DNA of 62,010 nt, counting the filler, from Nemertoderma westbladi (taxonomy: Eukaryota; Animalia; Xenacoelomorpha), in assembly GCA_032718475.1 (NCBI GenBank). It is 3 parts of 3 records of this genome, joined end to end, with 100 filler letters (N's around TTAATTAATTAA, not from the genome) between each part and the next. Parts side by side here need not be neighbours in the genome. Positions count along the whole stretch, not along the records: positions 1 to 17,282 come from JAUCBJ010006173.1; 2 more parts are not named here. One strand, given 5' to 3'. Shown in pieces: positions 1 through 11,470 of the stretch (its first letter is position 1; each line of letters starts with the position of its first letter). The notes beneath the pieces were generated by a model. That model was not told the DNA's origin and searched no databases. It was given only the letters and a program-made list of their open reading frames with translations. Made by a program: the position numbers and the translations under genes.

Positions 1-337
1 CCGGTACCGGTATATCGAGTGTGCGCTTTCGACTGGTCAATATTAATATTATGAATCTACCCTCTGACCTTCAGCGCTTCAGCAGACCTTACCGTACAAC
101 GTATGCCGTACGGCACGCGTACAGACAGCCATAGCACTGTAGCACGTAGCAACTACTTCAAACTACTGAACTAGTTGTTATGATGGATGACATTGCAAGA
201 AGACAAAAGAATGCACAATTACTTCCACTCTGCCACTACCTGACTAGGGTAGGGTATCTGACTATCAGACTAACTATATCGACGGGTTTCGTGGGTAATT
301 ACTAAATTATTTTTAATTGTTTAATTACCAGATTACC

Positions 338-1513
338 ACAAGTCCCTAAAAGGTGCCACCCTGCTCCATAGCGCGGGAAATTCAAATGATTGAAAGACAT
401 GTAATTTATACTGCAAAGGCCAAAAGCAGAAAGGGTGGCTGGGTGGTAGATCAGATCTGCCACCTATATTTTGGCGGTAAATTCAAATCTGTTATAACTT
501 TGAATACCGGTACATGAATAGAGTAAGACTAATGTAATTCATTGAATCAGAATAAATTATTTCTTATCGGTTTAATTCACTCATCCGTTATTGTTGTTGT
601 TTTATCTATTCTGGGGCTTCGAGCAGCACGTGAACAATTAAGCTGACTGGTTAACAAGTCTGGGACTTCGAGCAAAATTGAAAATTGAGGAGGGGGCGGC
701 GGCTCGGGTGATTTGGCTTAACTTCTATCCCAGTAAAGTATAGAACATTATAATCATAACAATTATACACTTATACCCAGTATGTTAATAGTAGATTTCA
801 AGTGGATAGATGATAGAAAGACGCAGTGAATTGATATATTTTTGGCGGTTGATTCAAATTACAGAAATATAATATTTCCATCACAAACTGTACACAGTGT
901 GCTGCATAATGTACGTGGCAGCGTGGGTACGTACTAAAAGGTCAAGGAGCTAGAGCAGTGGCAGTAGACTTATTCATACAGTAAACTTCTTACTGTAGTA
1001 GTACTTACAGTACTTCTACTGTAATAACAGTTCAGTTTAGTTGTTCACGTGCTGCTCGAAGTCCCAGACTATTTAACCAGTCAGCTTAGTTGTTCACGTG
1101 CTGCTCGAAGTCCCAGACTAGTTAACCGGTCAGGTTAGTTGTTCACGTGCTGATCGAAGTTCTAGACTAGTTAACCAGTCAGCTTAGTTGTTCACGTGCT
1201 GCTCGAAGCCCCGGACTAGTTAACCAGTCAGCTTAGTTGTTTACGTGCTGCTCGAAGCCCCAGAATGGTTAAAACAACAACAATAACGGATGAGTGAGTT
1301 AAACCGATAAGAAATAATTTATTCTGATTCAATGAATTACATTTAGTCTTACTCTCTTCATGTAGGGTATTCAATGTTAAAACAGATTTGAATTTACCGC
1401 CAAAATATAGGTGGCAGATCTGATCTGCCACCCTTTCTAGTACAAATTACATGTCTTTCAATCATTTGAATTTCCCGCGCTATGGAGCAGGGTGGCACCT
1501 TTTGGGGACTTGT
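338..1513. mobile_element. Foldback/MULE-like non-autonomous DNA transposon (long TIRs, 10-bp TSD)
   Basis: TIRs of about 330 bp start ACAAGTCCCTAAAAGGTGCCACCCTGCTCCATAGCGCGGG (338) and end ...GGTGGCACCTTTTGGGGACTTGT (1513). Perfect 10-bp direct repeat CCAGATTACC at 328-337 and 1514-1523. No coding capacity. Confidence 0.9.
1039..1262 (+). repeat. 49-bp tandem repeat (about 5 copies) in the right arm of the foldback element
   Basis: Unit AGTTGTTCACGTGCTGCTCGAAGTCCCAGACTAGTTAACCAGTCAGCTT recurs at 1039, 1088, 1137, 1186 and 1235. An inverted copy lies in the left arm at about 610-675. Confidence 0.9.
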
Positions 1514-1922
1514 CCAGATTACCGGTACTGCGGTAACGGAATTAATTAACTTGAATTAAATTAAATAGGCCTATAAAATGTAAATATTTTTTATAAATTT
1601 TAATCTTTACGGTACCGGTAGGCCTACCGGTAAACTGTTTAATTTACTCAGACTATAAAAGATAGCCGCATAGAACAAGCACATATGGTCAGATGGTCGC
1701 CACGCCACTCGCCATATCATGTAGGTCTACGTTTTATATAGGCCTACGTAATTGAACTTAAACGGGTGCAGTGACCTGGCGACTTTTTACACGTCAGCAC
1801 GTCGTCTTTTTAGACTAATTTAGATTATAAAGTATCCTACATGCACTGATGGAGATGGAACGTCTTAAAGTAGACCTATCATTTCAGCCACTGCTGCACT
1901 GGAAGTGCGTCGCATTTTATTT

Positions 1923-3708
1923 GGGTTTTTCTAAATACGCCACAGACAACCACCGACACCAAAAGACCCAAACTGACCGGTAAAATCCCAAACCGACAAC
2001 TTTAGTAATGTTAGTAGACTATTTCATAACATGCACTGCAGACATGATTACTGGATTAGGCCCTATACAGCTATACAATTATATCAATAATTTTTAAAGC
2101 CAGTTACCGTAAGGCAAAGTGTTAAGTTCAAATGAAAGGTAGGGTTCAGTCTGACTGACAGTAACAAACTGAGTCGGACACTTTAGTCCTTAGTGCTTAC
2201 GCAAATCCAACGGTATAATATGAATCTAGCTTATAGCTGTATGCTGTATTGGGGATAAAGAAAGCGTTGAACAATTATTAAGTGTTCATCCTTGGGAGTT
2301 AAGTTAGTTAGTTAAGTTAGTTCTGAATTTAGTGTTACGCATCCCTTATTTTCAAGTAACATCCAAGAGGAAGAGACAGAGGAGCTTCCATTGTTTTATG
2401 TTTCACTTCCTTCATGTTCACGTCATGTAGGTAAATTGCAGAAGTACTGGTAGGAATGGAATTGGAATTGGAATTTTTATTTGACATTAAATCAGTTAAA
2501 ACAAGCACTAACTAAATCAGTTAGAACAAGCACTAACAGACTAAGGATAGCATTAAAATATAACATATGACTGTATGAAGTGTAGTGTAAGGAAAAGGTA
2601 AAGGCAACAAACCAATGTACTTTATGGTATTCAACATGTCCTAGAAAATGTATTTTAACGGAAAGCAGTAGGCCTACAATACAAACATAGATAAATAAAA
2701 TGACCTTCAATAGATTAGAAACACTATTTACAACATAATTATGGTAAGACATTTCAGGATTTATGACAAACAAACATAGTAGATACGAGTTGAAAGGTGT
2801 AAGTGCAGCAACCATAAAATTATTGTAATTTTACTAAAAATTATTGTAATTATGATAAGACATTTAGGACAAACGAAGACAGTGGATAAGAGGTGTAAGG
2901 TATAAATAAAAGCAACAACCACAGAATAATTATAAAAATGTTCGACATTAATAGGCCTAAAAATCTATATTTTATGAACTGTATTTATTTCTATTGTCTT
3001 AGGCCTACTAAAAATATTTTGTACTGTATTTATTTATTATAAGTTTACCGCGTATGTGAGTTAAAAATTATAAATACACAATGCATCCATATATACTGAG
3101 AGTTAATTAAGTACGGTAGGCCTAGTGCTTTGCCGTCGAGGATAACCCCATGAGACTATGTCTCGTTTTCATGAGGGTCCTCGCTATATCAGTATACCAC
3201 CGACAACAGTCGGACTACCACCAATAAAAACTTATTATAGTAGCAACACACCGACATATGAAAAATGTTAATGATTTTAACCATTACGTTATGCCCGGGT
3301 AATAATTTAAAACATATAATTATACGTTATATTATTATATATTTATATCTGTATATGATGTATTTATGAAGGCAGGAAGGCGGTCTCGGTCTGGCGGTAT
3401 TATATTTTAAAGAAATTATGATGACTAATTACTGAATTACACCACCGACAACAGGCCGACAGTGGACAATACAGCAATATAGGCCTACTTTGTTCAGTTG
3501 TTATAAATATTTGGACTTGAAATTAAAATTGTATAATCATGTACCGGTAATCAAATAGTTCACTAGGCCTACAGTACTAACATTGCCAAAATTGTCGGCA
3601 TACTGTCGGTTTACGATTTTAGCTGACGGTTTTTTCTTTTGTTGTCGTGTCAGTGGTATGCGAAAGTTGTCGGTGGTTGTCGGTAGCGTATTTTATTTAG
3701 TCAAACCC
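1923..3708. mobile_element. Degenerate MITE-like element with GGGTTT termini, containing nested LINE 3' fragments
   Basis: Left GGGTTTTTCTAAATACGCCACAGACAACCACCGACA is an imperfect inverted match to right TGTCGGTGGTTGTCGGTAGCGTATTTTATTTAGTCAAACCC. Flanks TTTTATTT / TTGTATTT form a near-TSD. CCGACAAC motifs repeat internally. Confidence 0.55.
2452..2820 (-). mobile_element. Probable LINE (CR1/L2-type) 3' end
   Basis: Minus strand ends in AATAAAAA followed by an (ATTCCA)n simple-repeat tail, typical of non-LTR retrotransposon 3' termini. Confidence 0.35.
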
Positions 3709-4149
3709 TTGTATTTGATCTCAAAATGGCTTTTTCAATATTCAATAATGATGTAGATTTACTGATGTCTGTCAGTCTGTGTCTGACTTATTCACCATAG
3801 AGCTCCTAGAGCTGGGTTAAGAGGTCATAACCGTAAATTGTTTGATAAGCAATCGCGCCTATTAATGTGCAATAACTATTTTTTCACATAGAGTATAGTT
3901 TATAGAATATTTGAAATTGGTTCCATCTGAGGTCGTAAATTCAAATTCGAAATTGTTTTGTTTTCTTACAATTTAAAGGAACTTGATTTTCTTCCATTTT
4001 GCAAATTTAATCTGTTAATAGGAATCTATTGTAAATAATATGTTTTTAAATATATTGTCCAATTTTATGGGGTAAATTGTTCTGTTCCTATATTGTGTCC
4101 TCTATTCCTCTTTATTGCTCGTGCCAAAGACCACGAGTTATAGGTCCGA

Positions 4150-4650
4150 TCATTAGAGCAGCGGTAGTTACCTCTATGGTAGTCCATTCTGGGCTCTAAC
4201 TGCTGAGGACACCAAATTTCTGGATGGCACATTCCAGCATTCACAAGAATGATACGCCGGGTTCACTGTGTCATTGTGTCAAGTACATACAATGCACACA
4301 TCTCCAACCAGGCACTATATAACATTGGAGGTGTCTCATTGGTTCCCTCCGAGCTTGACACTAGAACAAAGCCGCCTCCACTTTGAAGGACATTGCTTTT
4401 GCCGTGAGGATCAGCCAGTGCATAATCTTGTCCTTTGGCGGCCTCATGGAGTGAATAAGCATGGTGGACAACCCATGACTTTCTTGAGACGCATCTTAAA
4501 GTTCACTGGCCTTGAAGATGCGGATGATCTAGCAAATGTCATGGGTGATAGGGAGTTGATGGGGCGCAATTTTGTCGACAAGCCGGCACAGCATTATTAA
4601 TATATAAGTAATATATATTCAATGCAGCATAACGATCCTAAGTAGTAGTC
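4150..4650 (+). mobile_element. RTE-clade LINE 3' fragment (degenerate)
   Basis: Homologous to 26850-27327. Encodes LEQSRLHFEGHCFCREDQPVHNLVLWRPHG (RTE C-terminal region) and ends in a GTA-repeat tail. Confidence 0.8.
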
Positions 4651-5843
4651 GTTTAGGAGACATGCTACTGACTGACTGACAGTAAAACGGACATACAGCC
4701 ATATCTCGAGAAGTAAGACAGATTTGGCTAAACGGTTTTCATATTTGGAATCTTGCTAAAATCTGCTAAAGATGAAATAGAAAAAAATTTGAAAGCCAGT
4801 ACCCCCCCCCCCCCCCCCCCCCCCTCCAATTTAACAAATAACATAAAATTTTCAACTTAACTATATCGTTGAACATTCAAATTATTTGCCTAGCCCACAA
4901 CCTCAAAAATTATATGTTTTTTTTTAATCTATATTTCTTTCAATTCTTTTTCTATGTACAGTAATTATTTTTTCATCGATATATTTTGACCACATCATCG
5001 TAATCAATTTTTGTTTATCGCCATTCAGCCATTGCATGCGCAACGATATTATCCTTAATTTGAGACGCTGTATCATGGGGTTATTTATTGTAAACTTACA
5101 GAAGTAATCTGATATTCCAAAACAATTTGTTGAACTTTCTTTATATATAATAAATAGACTGCTACCTAATAGTGATCATGTTGTTCTATGACAAAAAATA
5201 AAAAAACAGCAAAAATTGGATGATGTATGATTTTTGTAACTTATCAAATAACGTTCTAGAATCTAGAATATCAAGTTAAGATATGTTCTAGAACATTTTT
5301 CCAATACCTAACAGCACTTCAAGTTTGTATATGATCTGGAATACAATTAAGTCAGTTAGGTGTCGAAGTCCAATAATTAATTAGTCCTATTCCCTGCATT
5401 TTTTAAAAATTAAATACTGGTACCTGTGACCTGTATCACTTCGCAAACACTGTTGGTGTCAGGGTGCCAGGTCCTACATTCCCGGTAATGTTTCGTAGAT
5501 AATATTAAAAAACTTCTGGCAGTCTGGATCATATTTTTTGTTCTAGAAAGTTTTTGATTTTCTTTTATTTTATGTTCTTGAATACATTCGGTAGACATAT
5601 TATAATAAAAGATTTGATGACCATTATTGATAATTATTGATATGATTGATATTCCTATTTAGGCGTATTCGTATTATAAGTAAACTTGACCTGAACTGCA
5701 CCGGTAATAGGCTGACAGGTTATAATTAATAACTTATATATTGCAATATCGGTTTGTTATATATATATCTGCGGATCTGGAATTTCTACTGAACCCCTCA
5801 AAAATATATTTATTCGCACATATAATATAGTTCTATACAAACA

Positions 5844-7880
5844 ATGAAACTGGATATTATGGCTACAAATACGGATGATATGTTAGAATGTCCATTATGC
5901 ATGGAACCCCTAGATATGGACGACTTGAGTTTTTTCCCGTGCACGTGCGCTTATCAAATATGTCGTTTTTGTTGGCACCGAATACGAACAGATGAAAACG
6001 GTCTCTGTCCAGCCTGTCGGAAACAATACCCCGAGAATCCCGCCAACTTTAAGGCGCTAACAAACGAGGAAATTAATATGTTTAGGGCCGCAAAGAAGCA
6101 AAAAGAAGCAGCGAAAAAGTTGAAATTAACTGAAAGTCGTAAACATTTGGCAAGCGTTAGAGTTGTTCAAAAGAATCTCGTTTTTATTGTGGGTTTATCA
6201 TTGAGACTCGCAGATCCTGAAATTCTAAAAAAGCAGGAATATTTCGGTAAATACGGCCGTATTCACAAGGTGGTTATTAATAGCAATACTTCGTACGCCG
6301 GGAATTCTGGGCCCAGCGCCAGCGCTTACATAACATTTTGTCGCTGTGAAGACGCCCTGAACGCAATACAGGCAGTCAATAACATCTCGGTGGACGGGAG
6401 GAATCTAAAGGCTTCTCTCGGGACCACGAAATATTGTAGTCATTTTCTTAAAGGAACGACATGCCCTAAAAGCGATTGTTTGTACCTCCACGAGTTGGGT
6501 GATGAGATAGCTTCATTTACTAAGGAAGAGATGCAGCAAGGGAAGCATACAGATTACGAGCAGAAGTTATTCGACGATCTAAACTGTAAGAACGCGAACA
6601 CCAAGGAGAAGGGCTCGATCAGTCCGATCTTACGGCCACTAACCCCGGTGAAGGAATATTGGCCGAACGGCGGAGTAGTTTATACCGGTGAATCGAGTTC
6701 CTCTAACGGGAATCTGAGTCGTAGCGAGCGGAACTCCCCGCCGACGGTGGTCGTCGGACAACGCAGTACCACGGAGTCTGGACCACCCAAACCGGCGGTA
6801 GAGGAGTGGAAGTCGCCCCACCCCCAATTCGACCCCGGGCCACCGCCGCAGCCGGTCGAGACTTCCTGTCGTCGGACGCCCAACTCGCTGGATAACAAGC
6901 AGGCGGAGGAGTTGGATTTCGATCCCTGGAACGAGAGCAATAAAGCGTTGAGCGAGATGTTGAGTCGGGAGGTTGTGGAGACGCGGCCTGCTCGGGTAGC
7001 TCAGTTCGGGAGTTTTGGGTTGACCGCCCCGTCGCAGACGGACCTCGTCCAACTGCAGAACACGTCGATACACTCGATGTTCGAATCCGCCTTACAGACT
7101 CAGAGGGTCCCGTTGCACAGCCGGATGATGGCGTTAATGCAACGGCCGACGGAGAACACGCCGTCGTCGCCACAGAGTGCCATCCAGCAGCCACAGAACG
7201 CGACCCAACAGCAGCCACACACAATCCGTAGTAACACACAGCAGCCGACGGGACAACTCAACCACAATATACCGCCAGTAGCCCAGAACTCCCATCAATT
7301 CAACCACCTTCCTCCCCGCGGGCCCGCAGACGCAATCTTCCAACAGATGCCGCACTCCAGCACCCTTCTACCACACAGTTACCCTCCCCCCACGCCCCAT
7401 CTGCCCCCAGTGGGCGCCCCCCAACAACGGCCCTTCCTGCGCCCCGATCAACTTCACCCACAGATGCAGCAGCCCTTCCACCCGTCTACCGCGGCCATGC
7501 GATCTAACCAGTATCCCCCGCCGCAGCCGCAGGGCAACCAGTTCGCCTTCGGGAAACACAACGAGTCGCATTACAAACAGGACGAGTGGCGGAACGGATT
7601 CCGAGCGATAATGCCACCGGGGGTGAACGTGAGCTTCGGTGCGGAACAGTCGCAGCGGAACGGATGGGTGGGAACTACTTGCGAGTCGGTTTCCGCTTAT
7701 TACAACGGTTTGGACGATGTTCCTCACCAGGCGGGAGCATCGGAACCACATTGGATGAAATCGTTGCACGAGTTGACCGAATGCGGAGACGGGTACCCAA
7801 CCAATCAGAGCTCAGAACCGTTCACTTACAGAAACGAGACCTCCACACATCAACCCCCACCCCCTCCCGGTTTCAGATAG
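5844..7880 (+). CDS. CNOT4: CCR4-NOT complex subunit 4 (Not4 RING E3 ligase), single coding exon, 678 aa
   Basis: C4C4 RING (CPLCMEPLDMDDLSFFPCTCAYQICRFCWHRIRTDENGLCPACRK), RRM (LASVRVVQKNLVFIVGL...EYFGKYGRIHKVVIN), CCCH finger (GTTKYCSHFLKGTTCPKSDCLYLHE). Metazoan C-terminal motifs DFDPWNESNKALSEML, WRNGFRAIMPPGVNVSFG, PHWMKSLHELTE and terminal PPPPPGF. Start may be 5844 or the downstream ATG (MATNTDD). Confidence 0.97.
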   Translation: MKLDIMATNTDDMLECPLCMEPLDMDDLSFFPCTCAYQICRFCWHRIRTDENGLCPACRKQYPENPANFKALTNEEINMFRAAKKQKEAAKKLKLTESRKHLASVRVVQKNLVFIVGLSLRLADPEILKKQEYFGKYGRIHKVVINSNTSYAGNSGPSASAYITFCRCEDALNAIQAVNNISVDGRNLKASLGTTKYCSHFLKGTTCPKSDCLYLHELGDEIASFTKEEMQQGKHTDYEQKLFDDLNCKNANTKEKGSISPILRPLTPVKEYWPNGGVVYTGESSSSNGNLSRSERNSPPTVVVGQRSTTESGPPKPAVEEWKSPHPQFDPGPPPQPVETSCRRTPNSLDNKQAEELDFDPWNESNKALSEMLSREVVETRPARVAQFGSFGLTAPSQTDLVQLQNTSIHSMFESALQTQRVPLHSRMMALMQRPTENTPSSPQSAIQQPQNATQQQPHTIRSNTQQPTGQLNHNIPPVAQNSHQFNHLPPRGPADAIFQQMPHSSTLLPHSYPPPTPHLPPVGAPQQRPFLRPDQLHPQMQQPFHPSTAAMRSNQYPPPQPQGNQFAFGKHNESHYKQDEWRNGFRAIMPPGVNVSFGAEQSQRNGWVGTTCESVSAYYNGLDDVPHQAGASEPHWMKSLHELTECGDGYPTNQSSEPFTYRNETSTHQPPPPPGFR

Positions 7881-8339
7881 ATTATAATTGTTACGCCCCA
7901 GGAACAGACAGACAGACATTCGCGCATATGAATAATTCTATATTACTTACAAAGACAGAAGGCAGGTTATTGTCTGTCGTGTTCTTTCATTCTCTTTAAA
8001 TTTTGGGTTAATTTTGGGTTTATTAATTATTAGGCTTTAATCTCATTCGTTTGCGCGCCTTATAGTCAGTCATATTATCCCTGAACGCTTCGAGAAAAAG
8101 TCATTTGGTTTTCATAATTGAGATACCCGGGTCAGCAGCAGACTCCACCGCTGTTGGTTACCTAAACTACTGAACGTTAATCAATTCCCTGTATGAACTG
8201 ATGTCAGGGAATGCCGCGGACTATATATTTACTTTTAGAGCTAAAACACCTGGCGTAGTTAATTAGTCATTGGGTATTGAGCTGTGGGCGTTTTTAATTG
8301 TGTTAACTGTTAAGAGAAAATTAATTAACTTCTAGAATT

Positions 8340-9930
8340 TGGTGTTTGTGTTCTGAATTCATTAATTTCCTACAATTGGTTGTTTGTTTCTGCTGTGAAT
8401 TCATTCAGTTCTTAGAATTGGTTGTTTGTTTCTGTTGTGAATTCATTCAGTTCTTAGAATTGGTTGTTTGTTTCTGTTGTGAATTCATTCAGTTCCTAGA
8501 ATTGGGTGTTTGTTTCTGTTGTGAATTCATTCAGTTCTTAGAATTGGTTGTTTGTTTCTGTTGTGAATTCTTTCAGTTCCTAGAATTGGTTGTTTGTTTC
8601 TGCTGTGAATTCATTCAGTTCTTAGAATTGGTTGTTTGTTTCTGTTGTGAATTCATTCAGTTCCTAGAATTGGTTGTTTGTTTCTGCTGTGAATTCATTC
8701 AGTTCTTAGAATTGGTTGTTTGTTTCTGTTGTGAATTCATTCAGTTCTTAGAATTGGTTGTTTGTTTCTGTTGTGAATTCATTCAGTTCCTAGAATTGGG
8801 TGTTTGTTTCTGTTGTGAATTCATTCAGTTCTTAGAATTGGTTGTTTGTTTCTGTTGTGAATTCTTTCAGTTCCTAGAATTGGTTGTTTGTTTCTGCTGT
8901 GAATTCATTCAGTTCTTAGAATTGGTTGTTTGTTTCTGTTGTGAATTCTTTCAGTTCCTAGAATTGGTTGTTTGTTTCTGCTGTGAATTCATTCAGTTCT
9001 TAGAATTGGTTGTTTGTTTCTGTTGTGAATTCATTCAGTTCCTAGAATTGGGTGTTTGTTTCTGTTGTGAATTCATTCAGTTCTTAGAATTGGTTGTTTG
9101 TTTCTGCTGTGAATTCATTCAGTTCCTAGAATTGGTTGTTTGTTTCTGTTGTGAATTCATTCAGTTCTTAGAATTGGTTGTTTGTTTCTGTGAATTCATT
9201 CAGTTCCTAGAATTGGTTGTTTGTTTCTGTTGTGAATTCATTCAGTTCCTAGAATTGGTTGTTTGTTTCTACTGTGAATTCATTCAGTTCTTAGAATTGG
9301 TTGTTTGTTTCTGTTGTGAATTCTTTCAGTTCCTAGAATTGGTTGTTTGTTTCTGCTGTGAATTCATTCAGTTCCTAGAATTGGTTGTTTGTTTCTACTG
9401 TGAATTCATTCAGTTCTTAGAATTGGTTGTTTGTTTCTGTTGTGAATTCTTTCAGTTCCTAGAATTGGTTGTTTGTTTCTGTTGTGAATTCATTCAGTTC
9501 TTAGAATTGGTTGTTTGTTTCTGTGAATTCATTCAGTTCCTAGAATTGGTTGTTTGTTTCTGTTGTGAATTCATTCAGTTCCTAGAATTGGTTGTTTGTT
9601 TCTACTGTGAATTCATTCAGTTCCTAGAATTGGTTGTTTGTTTCTGTTGTGAATTCATTCAGTTCCTAGAATTGGTTGTTTGTTTCTACTGTGAATTCAT
9701 TCAGTTCTTAGAATTGGTTGTTTGTTTCTGTTGTGAATTCATTCAGTTCCTAGAATTGGTTGTTTGTTTCTACTGTGAATTCATTCAGTTCTTAGAATTG
9801 GTTGTTTGTTTCTGTTGTGAATTCTTTCAGTTCCTAGAATTGGTTGTTTGTTTCTGTTGTGAATTCATTCAGTTCTAGAATTGGTTGTTTGTTTCTACTG
9901 TGAATTCATTCAGTTCCTAGAATTGGGTGT
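8340..9930 (+). repeat. 42-bp minisatellite (about 38 copies), degenerating to about 10030
   Basis: Unit GAATTGGTTGTTTGTTTCTGTTGTGAATTCATTCAGTTC(C/T)TA with near-identical copies and occasional 39-bp variants. Explains the 510-aa pseudo-ORF. Confidence 0.97.
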
Positions 9931-11269
9931 AACTGTAGTGAATTTATTCCGTTTCTAAAATTGGGTGTTTGTTTGTGCTGTGAATTTATTCACTCCTAGA
10001 ATTAGGTGTTTGTGCTGTGAATTTATTCACTAACGTTTGTTTGTGCTATTCATTGGCCTCTGAGTGTTTTTGCACGGTTTCTTGCACGATCAGTATTGTG
10101 TTCGCATTCAATGATTAATTAGCTAGGCCCCGGCGCCTCGAGTATAATTTATTTTCTGGGTAGAATTCCAAAACGATATTTTGCCTATGCTTGTGTAACC
10201 TATATCTTAACCCAGGACCGAAAAATATATGTAAAATTTTAATTATTCCTTCAAATAGCGGACCACACCCTTTCTCAATATGACAGCGTATAGGTTTCAG
10301 TATGGCTATTATTAAGATATGAATTGATGTAATACAACACAGTGGTACATACCCGCTTCTATTTGTTATAATAAAACTTTAAATAAAAGATAACCTGAGA
10401 TAAATAATGCTTTAATTGTCATTCAATTGTACAAATCGAGTTTGTTTCAATCGAATAAGGCCCTTTTCACCAAAAAGGCTCCCAAGGTCCAGATATTAAT
10501 GAATAAAATTGGTAAATGGTTGTATATATATGTTACATATATGCTCAGTATATATATATATACATTCTGTATATGTTACAGTATATTTTTAGCATAGTAG
10601 AACAAAGAGTGAAGATATTATCTAAATTAGCGGTAAACTTTGCATTTTTCTTAAACTTTAAACCCATTATATAAATCGCAGAGAATGTATTTTTTTCTCG
10701 AAAAACTATATTTCTCGAAATCAGTTAATGAAATCAGTTGAATTTTGGAACAGAGCTTCCAAATATGCTTGTCTCTATGGCTATCAAGCAGTTTTAGCTA
10801 AAAATGCTTCACGGGGCCATTGGAGAGCGAAAAGAGCCCCAAATCGGCCCTTTTGGGGCCTTTTTGTTTATAAAAGGGCCACAGTGAAATAAATTGGATT
10901 GGCCATTCCAAAATTTTTCATTCAATATTAGGCTGCGGAAACATCACAATGAGAAGTTGTATTTGTGGTCGCATCGCTACCACCCCCCCCCCCCCCCCCC
11001 CCCCCCCCTTAAATTCAATTAAATAAACAAGTTCATTCTCTTTCTGCCCCCTTCCTTCCGCCACTGATTTAGAGCCACAAGAGGGTTCGGTCTATGACCT
11101 ACTACCCGGACAAACTACCTACTTCCTTTTCATGACTTTCATGTCAACTAACATATTCGGCGCCATTCTTATAAGAAATGTGATAGAGGCGCAGTTATTA
11201 GCCGCGGTTCCTATGGAGGGGGAACCATTTTACTTGGCGATAAATAAATACACTAAACTGTCGGAATAA

Positions 11270-11470
11270 AGCTCACACACTGTCGGAATATAGTGTCCTT
11301 CTCTCACACACCGATGGAATATAGTCTCCTTCTCTCACAAACCGTCGAAATATAGTCTCCTTCTCTCACAAACCGTCGGAATATAGTCTCCTCACAAACG
11401 GTCGGAATATAGTCTCCTTCTCTCACAAACCGTCGGAATATAGTCTCCTCTCACAAACGGTCGGAATAGT
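11270..11470 (+). repeat. Tandem repeat of about 26-31 bp
   Basis: CACAAACCGTCGGAATATAGTCTCCTTCTCT repeated about 7 times with variants. Confidence 0.85.

Noticed and set aside
6639-7999. Several overlapping or antisense ORFs within CNOT4
   Set aside because: By-product of the GC-rich, Pro/Gln-rich coding sequence; no recognisable motifs.
8346-9878. 510-aa Cys-rich ORF (CFCCEFIQFLELVV)n
   Set aside because: Translation of a 42-bp minisatellite with a non-ATG start. The frame-preserving 3-bp deletions are slippage in TGT runs.
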